Positions 1-7,335 of a stretch of DNA of 43,596 bases are shown here, one piece after another (the first letter of the stretch is position 1; the number at the start of each line of letters is the position of its first letter). Source of the DNA: Candidatus Kaiserbacteria bacterium (GTDB lineage: Bacteria; Patescibacteriota; Minisyncoccia; Phycocordibacterales; Phycocordibacteraceae); NCBI GenBank assembly GCA_026396715.1, contig JAPLWH010000026.1, positions 1-43,596 on the forward strand, read 5' to 3'. A program made the translations under genes and the position numbers. The notes beneath the pieces are model-generated. The model did no database searches and was not told the origin of the DNA. It worked only from the letters and a program-made list of their open reading frames with translations.

Positions 1-139
1 ACGCTTCGACTTGAGTACCATCTCTCAGAGACAGCTCGATGGCGTGACGGAACTCATGAACCACACGCCTCGCAAGTCTCTCTCCTGGCGGACGCCCTGC
101 GCGGTATATGGGAAGTGTTGCAATTCAGATTAGAATTCA
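1..139 (+). mobile_element. 3' end of an IS30-family transposase plus right inverted repeat (partial, runs off window)
   Basis: Frame from nt 2 reads RFDLSTISQRQLDGVTELMNHTPRKSLSWRTPCAVY...* (stop 131-133), resembling the IS30 C-terminal 'LNxRPRKxLxxxTP' motif. 115-139 reverse-complements to TGAATTCTAATCTGAATTGCAACAC, matching the IS30-type IR pattern TG...TTGCAACA. Confidence 0.7.
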
Positions 140-161
140 AGGACTATGTTAGAATCAGCAC

Positions 162-1181
162 ATGCGATATCCACGTTCAAAGAAACTCCTATTTGCTAAC
201 AATAAGGGCGGTGTCGGGAAAACAACCCTCGCTTTTAATTGTGCAATGTCGTTTGCAAAAAAAGGATACAAAACAGTACTGATCGATCTTGATCCACAGT
301 GCAATCTCTCTCGACTCGCGCTCGGTGACTTTTTGTACACCGATACGCTATTTTCGCCAACCTACAAAGACATATACGATGTACTGAAGGGCGTCGTAGA
401 AGGTGGATCTGATATTGATATTTCGGTACCCTTTTTGCCGGTCTCGAATAGTGAGGGTAATTTGTTCTTACTCAAAGGCAGCGTGAACCTCTCGCTCTAT
501 GAGAACATTCTTGTAGCTGCGTATGGACAGGCGGCCGCGGGGCAACAACTCGGATATTTTCAGACAAGTGCTATCGATCGTTTTTTGCGCGAGAGAGGAT
601 TACGTGACGAAGTAGATATATTCGTAATTGATACCTCTCCAAGCCTCTCGCTTCTTAATCAGGTTATTTTTCTTGGAGCAGATTATTTTATGGTACCAAT
701 GATGCCTGACGCTTTTAGTGTTCAAGGTATTGAAAACCTTGGTACAGTGTTTGAGAAGTGGAAGCAAAATTGGAAAGTAACCGGTAAGGCTCTTTCTGGA
801 AATACCGAGACAAAATTCGTTCTGGCGGGCGAAGGCTTATTTATTGGATATGTAATAAATGCATACAATGTCTATGGCAAGCAACCTATTAAAGACCATC
901 GCCATTGGATTGAGGAAATTCCTCAGAAAGTGAAAGGTTTCCTTTCTGAAAAACACAGCCGGAATGGTTTGGTTGAGAGAAGTTGGAAAAATCCGCTTGC
1001 AGAAATCCAAGATTATGGAAGAATCCCTGCGAAATGTCAGGAGATTGGAGTTGCAATCTTCGATCTTGATCCGAAGATGATTGATGATATTCACATCGGA
1101 ACAAAAGAAAATATTGAGAAATCCAGAGAAGAATTCGCTCTGCTGGCAGAGAAGATTCTCGAAATACTTCCGAGCTACTAA
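162..1181 (+). CDS. ParA/Soj-family ATPase (orphan, AT-richer than flanks)
   Basis: Deviant Walker A NNKGGVGKTT, LIDLDPQCNLS, and IDTSPSL Walker B region. No parB in the window. Confidence 0.85.
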   Translation: MRYPRSKKLLFANNKGGVGKTTLAFNCAMSFAKKGYKTVLIDLDPQCNLSRLALGDFLYTDTLFSPTYKDIYDVLKGVVEGGSDIDISVPFLPVSNSEGNLFLLKGSVNLSLYENILVAAYGQAAAGQQLGYFQTSAIDRFLRERGLRDEVDIFVIDTSPSLSLLNQVIFLGADYFMVPMMPDAFSVQGIENLGTVFEKWKQNWKVTGKALSGNTETKFVLAGEGLFIGYVINAYNVYGKQPIKDHRHWIEEIPQKVKGFLSEKHSRNGLVERSWKNPLAEIQDYGRIPAKCQEIGVAIFDLDPKMIDDIHIGTKENIEKSREEFALLAEKILEILPSY

Positions 1182-1212
1182 GCATTGTCCCCAAGACTGC
1201 AGAATACAGTAG

Positions 1213-1241
1213 TTGGGCAGGTATCGTAGTCACTGTATAGT
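1213..1241 (+). promoter_or_regulatory. Putative sigma70 promoter of the DGR target gene (leaderless-type)
   Basis: TTGGGC (1213-1218), 17 nt, TATAGT (1236-1241); an ATG lies 6 nt later at 1248. Confidence 0.5.
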
Positions 1242-1258
1242 ATGCGCATGCGTCTCCT

Positions 1259-1267
1259 CCCCCCCCC
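1259..1267 (+). repeat. C9 homopolymer between ATG(1248) and the signal-peptide-encoding frame of the DGR target
   Basis: The ATG 1242/1248 frame stops at TAG 1290-1292. Adding one C (C10) gives MRLLPPPSIFSTIAIVVGFFFFAPLGVQAAYY..., continuous with ORF 1325..4057. Confidence 0.8.
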
Positions 1268-1324
1268 TCAATTTTCTCGACTATCGCGATAGTCGTTGGC
1301 TTTTTTTTCTTCGCGCCGCTCGGG

Positions 1325-4057
1325 GTGCAGGCGGCGTACTATCTCCCCGGCGAAACGCTCAACCCTGCCTGCGCCCCCACGGATTCCGGGTGCGGCATTT
1401 CAAGCATTGTCGCCTCGAGCACTGCCAACAGTATTCCGTACTACGCCGCAAACGGCAGCGTCCTCTCTGCCACCTCGACATTCCAGATACTTTCAAACGG
1501 CACATCCTCGACGACGAATCTCATCGTCGGTAATGCACTCACTATCGGCACGCTCTCGGGTTTTCTGAAAGCAACGGCGGGGGCAGTTGCGACCGCTCTC
1601 GTGAATCTCACTTCAGATGTTACCGGAATTCTTCCAATCATAAACGGCGGCACCGGCCTCTCCGCGCTCTCCGGTAATCAGATTTTGTACACTAATTCCG
1701 CCGGCACCGCTTTCGTGCAAGTCGCCACCTCCTCGCTCTCAATCGGCGGCAACGCCGCCACCGTTACCACCAACGCCAACCTTACTGGCGATGTTACCTC
1801 GACTGGCAACGCCACCGCTATCGGCTCAAACAAAGTGACCATCGGTATGCTCGCCCAAGCGGCCGCCAACACCATCCTCGGAAACTTGACTGGAGCGGTA
1901 GGGAACATTACTGCCTTTGCAACTTCAACCCTCGGTATCGCTCTAGGAGACACTACAGGCACGCTCGCACTCGCTCGAGGCGGTACCGGCGTTATCTCGT
2001 TCACGTCGAATCAAATGCTGTATACGAACGCTGCGGGCGCACTCATCTCCATCGCAACCTCCTCGCTCAACATCGGCGGCACCGCACTTAACATTACTGG
2101 CCTCGCTGCGGTGGCAAACGGCGGCACTGGCTCGACCACGCTCTCGGGCATCTTAAAAGGCAATGGCACCTCGCAAGTCGGCACGCTCGTCGTCGGCACT
2201 GGCCTGATCTATGACGGCACGACGCTTTCCACCAATGGCACAGGCGTTACCTCTCTTGCTGCGCAGTATTCAACTGGACAGACCGGAGGCACCCAAACAT
2301 TTGCAACTTCAACAGCCGACACGAATCTCGGCATGAGTGTCGTTTCAAGCGGCAACATCCACACCTTCACGCCGTACTGGATCGGCACCTTGGCTGACGC
2401 GCGCATAGGAAGCGCGGCAGCGTGGAATGCGAAGCAAGCCGCGCTCTCTTTCATCTATCCGCTCATTAATTCCGCGAATACCATTACTTCCGCCCTCGCC
2501 ACGACCTCGTCCAATACCTGGGGCGGTACCCAAACGTTTACCAACGCTCCCATCCTCGCGGCGCTCTCGGGCATCGTCGGCGTAAATGCCGGCGCGAGCT
2601 ACTCGGTCTCCACGAGCACGCTCAACATCGGCGGCACCGCACTTAACATTACTGGCCTCGCTGCGGTGGCAAACGGCGGCACTGGCGTTGCCGCCATCGC
2701 GCTCGGATTCATTCCATTCGGAAATGGCACGAGTGCGGTCGCGACCTCGTCGAGCTTGTATTGGGACAGCACGAACAGTCGTCTCGGCATCGGAACGACC
2801 TCGCCACTATCGCTGCTCGCGATCGGCGGCGGCGTATCAATCGGCGCGGACTACAACCTCGCGGCACCGACGAACGGTCTCATCGTCGAAGGGAGCGTCG
2901 GTATCGGCACCACGACGCCATGGCGCAATTTCTCCCTCAAGGGCACGGTGTCGTCGCCTCAATTCGCGCTTGCGTACGATGCCACGCGCTACACACAGCT
3001 GCAGACCGACGCGTCGGGCGACCTCTCTATTTTCACTTCCGGCGGCAATACGCGTCTGCCCGACAACAACCTCTTCGTCTGCGCAGGCGGAGCCTGCCCG
3101 ACGCTTTCCATCACCGGCACCGGGAATCTCACGGTCGAGAATAAAATTACCGTCGGTTCGATAGAACAGTTTTGTCCCGCCGGCTACCTCTGGGTGCCAG
3201 GCCTCGCGCAGTACGGCACGCTCCCGGGTTTCTGCACCATGAAATACGAAGCGAAAAACAGCGCCGGCACTGCGGTCTCGGTTCCTGCCGGCGGGCCGTG
3301 GGTTAGCATAGACCAACCCACGGCCCGAGCCGCGTGCGAGGCGCTTGGCACGGGCTATCATCTCATCAATGAGGCGGAATGGATGACCATCGCAACCCAC
3401 ATAGCGACCCTTCCCATCAACGACACTGACACGGATGCCTCTCTGCAGCTTGCTACCGGCCACGGAGACAATGCGCCCGCGAGCGCGCTTGCCGCGGGCA
3501 CGAGCGCGACCGACCCGGTCGTCTCCGGCTGCAATCTTAGCGTTGATATGGAGAATGCCGCAAACGCTTACACGAGCACATGCCAAATCAGAGGCGCGGG
3601 AGCGGGCGGTTCGCTTGATGCCGATAATGGCTATTACGGCACGGGGCAAACGTGGGCAGCCACCGGCTATGTCTCGGGTGCTTCCAATAAGTCGCAGTTG
3701 CGCACCGCCGTCTTGCCGAACGGCACGGTGCTGTGGGATATCGCAGGCAATGTCTGGGAATGGACCGACGCGTATGTGAACGGCACGGCGGAAAAGCCGG
3801 CGGCGGTCACGGACGCTTGGCAGGAATTTAGTGCTATTACCAATTATGCAACTCTTAATTACGCTCGCCCCAAAAATCCTTCATGGACTTCTGCAAACGG
3901 GATTGGTCAATATTATTCCGGTACGGTCGCCGGACAGCGCGCCTTTATCCGCGGCGGGGATTGGGACTACGGTGCGGTTGGCGGCGTATTCACGCTGCAT
4001 CTGTCCGGTGCGCCGTCCAACTCGAGCACGAGCGTCGGGTTCCGCTGTTCCCGGTGA
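1325..4057 (+). CDS. DGR target protein: large Gly/Thr/Ala/Ser-rich surface protein with C-terminal FGE-sulfatase/C-type-lectin-fold domain (true start probably 1248 across the C9 tract)
   Basis: GGTG and GIGTTxP repeats typical of fibre-like surface proteins. The C-terminal domain has CPAGY..FCTMKYEAK, HLINEAEW, DIAGNVWEW, and RGG.W...GFRC at the very end, which is the VR. Confidence 0.9.
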   Translation: MQAAYYLPGETLNPACAPTDSGCGISSIVASSTANSIPYYAANGSVLSATSTFQILSNGTSSTTNLIVGNALTIGTLSGFLKATAGAVATALVNLTSDVTGILPIINGGTGLSALSGNQILYTNSAGTAFVQVATSSLSIGGNAATVTTNANLTGDVTSTGNATAIGSNKVTIGMLAQAAANTILGNLTGAVGNITAFATSTLGIALGDTTGTLALARGGTGVISFTSNQMLYTNAAGALISIATSSLNIGGTALNITGLAAVANGGTGSTTLSGILKGNGTSQVGTLVVGTGLIYDGTTLSTNGTGVTSLAAQYSTGQTGGTQTFATSTADTNLGMSVVSSGNIHTFTPYWIGTLADARIGSAAAWNAKQAALSFIYPLINSANTITSALATTSSNTWGGTQTFTNAPILAALSGIVGVNAGASYSVSTSTLNIGGTALNITGLAAVANGGTGVAAIALGFIPFGNGTSAVATSSSLYWDSTNSRLGIGTTSPLSLLAIGGGVSIGADYNLAAPTNGLIVEGSVGIGTTTPWRNFSLKGTVSSPQFALAYDATRYTQLQTDASGDLSIFTSGGNTRLPDNNLFVCAGGACPTLSITGTGNLTVENKITVGSIEQFCPAGYLWVPGLAQYGTLPGFCTMKYEAKNSAGTAVSVPAGGPWVSIDQPTARAACEALGTGYHLINEAEWMTIATHIATLPINDTDTDASLQLATGHGDNAPASALAAGTSATDPVVSGCNLSVDMENAANAYTSTCQIRGAGAGGSLDADNGYYGTGQTWAATGYVSGASNKSQLRTAVLPNGTVLWDIAGNVWEWTDAYVNGTAEKPAAVTDAWQEFSAITNYATLNYARPKNPSWTSANGIGQYYSGTVAGQRAFIRGGDWDYGAVGGVFTLHLSGAPSNSSTSVGFRCSR
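2064..2131 (+). repeat. Exact 68-bp internal direct repeat, copy 1 (copy 2 at 2619-2686)
   Basis: Identical 68 nt encoding LNIGGTALNITGLAAVANGGTG in both places. Confidence 0.95.
2619..2686 (+). repeat. Exact 68-bp internal direct repeat, copy 2
   Basis: Identical to 2064-2131. Confidence 0.95.
3940..4055 (+). repeat. DGR variable repeat (VR)
   Basis: 116-nt ungapped match to 4605-4720 with 14 mismatches, every one opposite a TR adenine. Encodes the last 38 residues of the target. Confidence 0.97.
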
Positions 4058-4101
4058 TTCCCGTAAGCACTATGAAATGCTTTCTGCCATCGCTCGCTCA
4101 T

Positions 4102-4127
4102 AAAAGAAAAATTCTGATTTTTCTTTT
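4102..4127 (+). other. Hairpin/cruciform downstream of VR (candidate DGR target-recognition element)
   Basis: AAAAGAAAAAT-TCTG-ATTTTTCTTTT: perfect 11-bp stem with 4-nt loop, ~45 nt after the target stop codon. Confidence 0.6.
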
Positions 4128-4219
4128 TGTCGCGCTCGCTCGGCAGTAGAACTTTGGTATGGATACTTTGAAACTTTGGCTTCCGAAAAAAATTATAAAA
4201 ACGCTCACTTCACGCGCCT

Positions 4220-4594
4220 ATGTTCGAACAACTTCCAATATTCGAGAAGACATACCAGATTATCCGCTGGCTCTATCCGACCATCAACAAGTTCCCGAAG
4301 TCCCAGCGCTTCGTGCTCGGACAGCAGATAGAGAACACAGCTCTTTTGATACTGACGGGCATCATTGCCGCCAACGGCGAGCGGGACAAGGTGCCCGCGC
4401 TCAAGCGCGTGAGCACGCTGCTCGACACACTGCGCATCCTCATCCGGCTTTCCAAAGACCTCGGGTTCATAAGCGTGAAGCAGTATGTGTTCGCCGCCGA
4501 GCGCGTAAACGAGATCGGGAAGATGCTCGGCGGATGGATGAAGCAGTCGGCTTCCTCCGCGCCCACGCCGGTCCGTGGGCAGGGCCGCGTCTAG
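4220..4594 (+). CDS. avd: DGR accessory variability determinant (Avd, four-helix bundle)
   Basis: LPIFEKTY...KFPKSQRFVLGQQIE...LRILIRLSKDLGFI...EIGKMLGGW signature; located between target and TR/RT. Confidence 0.92.
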   Translation: MFEQLPIFEKTYQIIRWLYPTINKFPKSQRFVLGQQIENTALLILTGIIAANGERDKVPALKRVSTLLDTLRILIRLSKDLGFISVKQYVFAAERVNEIGKMLGGWMKQSASSAPTPVRGQGRV

Positions 4595-4604
4595 ACACAG
4601 CTCT

Positions 4605-4720
4605 CGCCTTTATCCGCGGCGGGAATTGGAACAACGGTGCGATTGACGGCGTATTCACGCTGAATCTGAACAATGCGCCGTCCAACACGAACACGAACAT
4701 CGGGTTCCGCTGTTCCCGGT
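4605..4720 (+). ncRNA. DGR template repeat (TR)
   Basis: Non-coding copy of VR between avd and RT. It has 26 adenines, including 9 AAC/AAT codons in the VR frame. Confidence 0.97.
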
Positions 4721-4910
4721 ATTCATCAATGAGCACCACCGGTGCTCGCGGCCAGAACAGGACGTTTACGGACATCCCGTCCGCGCCAAGGAAGAATACT
4801 GACGCGACCCTTCTCGCGCGAAAGCGCGGGAGCATATCGGGCCCGTACCTCCGTTCGGCATGCGTCCGCGCATCCCGAGCGGAGCCAATGGGCCCCCGAA
4901 CGCACATACT

Positions 4911-5945
4911 ATGAATCCAACTTTCAATTCAGTGTGTTCATTCGAGAGCCTGTTGCGTGCGTACCGGCGAGCGCGCCGCGCAAGCCCTAAGAGCCACGAC
5001 ACGCTTGCTTTCGGCTGGCATCTTGAAAAAAATCTGCTACAACTTCGCGATGAGCTTATGAATGGCCAGTATCGGCACGGCGCATATCGCGAATTCGTCG
5101 TTGAGGATGCGAAGAAACGGCACATCAAGGCCGCCTCTTTCCGCGATCGCGTGGTGCACCACGCGATATGTAGCGCGCTCGAGCCAATTTTCGAGCGTCG
5201 GTTCATCGGTGACAGCTATGCCTGCCGCGCGGGCAAGGGAACACACGCGGCGCTCCGCCGGCTTGAAGTATGGCTGCGCCGCGGGGACGACCCATATGTG
5301 CTGTCGTGCGATATATCGAAGTATTTCGCCAGCATCAATCATGAGAACCTCATGATGCTCATCGCTTCACGGGTAAGCGATTCACAGCTCGTCAGTCTTT
5401 GCCGGAGCGTGGTGGAGAGCACCGAAGACGCTCCCGGCCGCGGTATCCCGATAGGGAACCTCACGAGTCAGCTCTTCGCGAATGTGTATCTCGACGCGCT
5501 TGACCATCACGCGAAGCGCGTCCTCGGTATCCGACGCTATATCCGTTATATGGACGATTTCCTCATCTTCGGCAAGGACACCGCGTCGCTTCACGAGACG
5601 AAGGCGCGGATTGTGGCGTTTCTCGGGAGTCGGCTCGGTCTCGTGCTCCATCCCAAAAAGGCGAATGTATTTCCGGTGGTCGTTGGCGTGCCGTTTCTCG
5701 GCTACCGTGTGTTCCGCTCTCATCGGCTGCTGCGCAAAAGCACCGTGATGCGGTTCGCCCGAAGGGTTCGGCAGTACAAACTCCTGCTCGCTTCGGGCGA
5801 TATGGAACCCGAAGCGTTTTTCGCAGGAATGCGGTCGTGGTCCGCCTATGCGGACGACGCGGCTTCAAGCGGCCTCAAGCGCTCGCTCGCGGGGCGCCTC
5901 GGCATCTCGTTTGCGCCCTTTATCAGCTTTCAAACAGCACTATGA
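4911..5945 (+). CDS. DGR reverse transcriptase (344 aa)
   Basis: KKRHIKAASFRDRVVHHA, CDISKYF, GIPIGNLTSQLFANVYL (DGR-type SQ motif), and YIRYMDDF catalytic motif. No obvious intron maturase or endonuclease extension. Confidence 0.95.
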   Translation: MNPTFNSVCSFESLLRAYRRARRASPKSHDTLAFGWHLEKNLLQLRDELMNGQYRHGAYREFVVEDAKKRHIKAASFRDRVVHHAICSALEPIFERRFIGDSYACRAGKGTHAALRRLEVWLRRGDDPYVLSCDISKYFASINHENLMMLIASRVSDSQLVSLCRSVVESTEDAPGRGIPIGNLTSQLFANVYLDALDHHAKRVLGIRRYIRYMDDFLIFGKDTASLHETKARIVAFLGSRLGLVLHPKKANVFPVVVGVPFLGYRVFRSHRLLRKSTVMRFARRVRQYKLLLASGDMEPEAFFAGMRSWSAYADDAASSGLKRSLAGRLGISFAPFISFQTAL

Positions 5946-6700
5946 AACGACTCGCAGATATTCTCGCGCATCACAACAGCGTACCCATCACTCTCGGGTT
6001 CTTGTTCCTTGCGAGCGGCACGGCACTCGCCGCCTCTCCTGCCGTCCGTGACGCGGTCATCGGCGGCGTTGTTACGGAGACGGTCAGCGTCGATAATAGC
6101 GCGATTATCAATGTCGACCTTGACCATTTCGACGCGAATATGACGATCATTGCGGTCACCGAGGATGCACAGAACTACTATGTCGCGTACCGCTACCGAA
6201 CCTTCAATGTCGAAGGCACTGCGTGGGAAGAAGTCCAAAAAGACAGCGTGCTTACTGTTGCGAAAGATTCGCTCCAAGACGGAGACCTGAAGACGCATGC
6301 GATCGAGCAGTTGCGGCAAGTAGTCGAGAGCGATCTCACATACCTCACACGCGTGCAAGCCGCAGAAATCGCGAACGGCCGAAGCAAGCCACAGGTCGCG
6401 ACGAGCTATCGCGGACTCGCAGGGTTCGCCATCGAGATGAAAGACATTCTTCTGCCGCCTGCCGCGCCTACGATCGTGCCTTCATTTCCTGTGGCGACAA
6501 CAACTACCCCGGCATCTGCACCCGAAGCCACCACCGCCGCTACAACCACCGCAACGACCACCTCTACTGCGGCAGTTGCTACGACAACCGCTTCGACTGA
6601 AGCCATCACAACAACCACGACAACCGCTCCGACCGCATCTACCGCTACAACAACGGCGCTCGAAGCCACCACCGCCACTACAACGAATTCCTCGTTGTAA
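5942..6700 (+). CDS. Secreted/membrane-anchored protein with Thr/Ala-rich low-complexity tail
   Basis: ATG overlaps the RT stop (ATGA 5942-5945). Hydrophobic N-terminus (ITLGFLFLASGTALAA) and a C-terminal run of TTTA/TTTT repeats. Confidence 0.8.
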   Translation: MKRLADILAHHNSVPITLGFLFLASGTALAASPAVRDAVIGGVVTETVSVDNSAIINVDLDHFDANMTIIAVTEDAQNYYVAYRYRTFNVEGTAWEEVQKDSVLTVAKDSLQDGDLKTHAIEQLRQVVESDLTYLTRVQAAEIANGRSKPQVATSYRGLAGFAIEMKDILLPPAAPTIVPSFPVATTTTPASAPEATTAATTTATTTSTAAVATTTASTEAITTTTTTAPTASTATTTALEATTATTTNSSL

Positions 6701-6771
6701 ATATAATGTCCAAAACACGAATCTTACTCGCGATTTCAAAATCTATGCCAAAGAATGCCTTATCTATAACG

Positions 6772-6806
6772 CCTAACAGAACAAGGTTTAACCTTGTTCT
6801 GTTAGG
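6772..6806. repeat. 35-nt near-perfect palindrome (REP-like or terminator)
   Basis: CCTAACAGAACAAGGTT-T-AACCTTGTTCTGTTAGG, intergenic. Confidence 0.75.
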
Positions 6807-6846
6807 GACACAAATATACTAATTTTGACTTATTATATAAATCACT

Positions 6847-7335
6847 ATGGAAACTACGACAAACCACACGCAAGAACAGCCGACGCGACGACTGCCGTTT
6901 TTGCGCCGCGCGTTCCGATTCTTCCGGCGATCTATCGTATGGATTGTTGTTATTGCAGTCCCCATACTCGCGTTTATGGCCGGGCGCGCGAGCATGTATC
7001 GTGCGTACCCAGAGCTTTCTGGAGCTGGGCAGGGGACCGCGATTCTCGCGGAAGTAGGGAAGCTCATCGAGCTTCCCTCGAATGAAACGCCCACCATAGC
7101 TACCATCAAGGATGCTGCGAGCGCCAAGCAGGGGCAGCCGTTTCTTGCTCCTGCCGAGAACGGCGATGTGCTCATCGTCTATCCGAATGCGCGAGAAGCC
7201 ATTTTGTACCGCCCTTCCTCAAACAAGATCATCGTGGTAGGGCCGGTACACACTACCGCGCCGCCGGCACCAAGCTTTGGGCCGAGTGCCACTTCCTCAA
7301 CCTATGTCGCCACGACAACTAAATCGAAGAAATAA
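6847..7335 (+). CDS. Hypothetical single-pass membrane protein
   Basis: Basic N-terminus, one TM segment (SIVWIVVIAVPILAFMAG), then a globular part (EVGKLIELPSNETPTIATI). Confidence 0.75.
   Translation: METTTNHTQEQPTRRLPFLRRAFRFFRRSIVWIVVIAVPILAFMAGRASMYRAYPELSGAGQGTAILAEVGKLIELPSNETPTIATIKDAASAKQGQPFLAPAENGDVLIVYPNAREAILYRPSSNKIIVVGPVHTTAPPAPSFGPSATSSTYVATTTKSKK

Noticed and set aside
2064-2686. 68-bp repeat as a second VR/TR pair
   Set aside because: The copies are identical, both in coding sequence, with no adenine-specific differences.
4911-5945. RT as a group II intron, retron or CRISPR-associated RT
   Set aside because: It is short, has the IGNLTSQ motif and sits with avd and an adenine-specific TR/VR pair. 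No intron domains, msr/msd or cas genes are visible.
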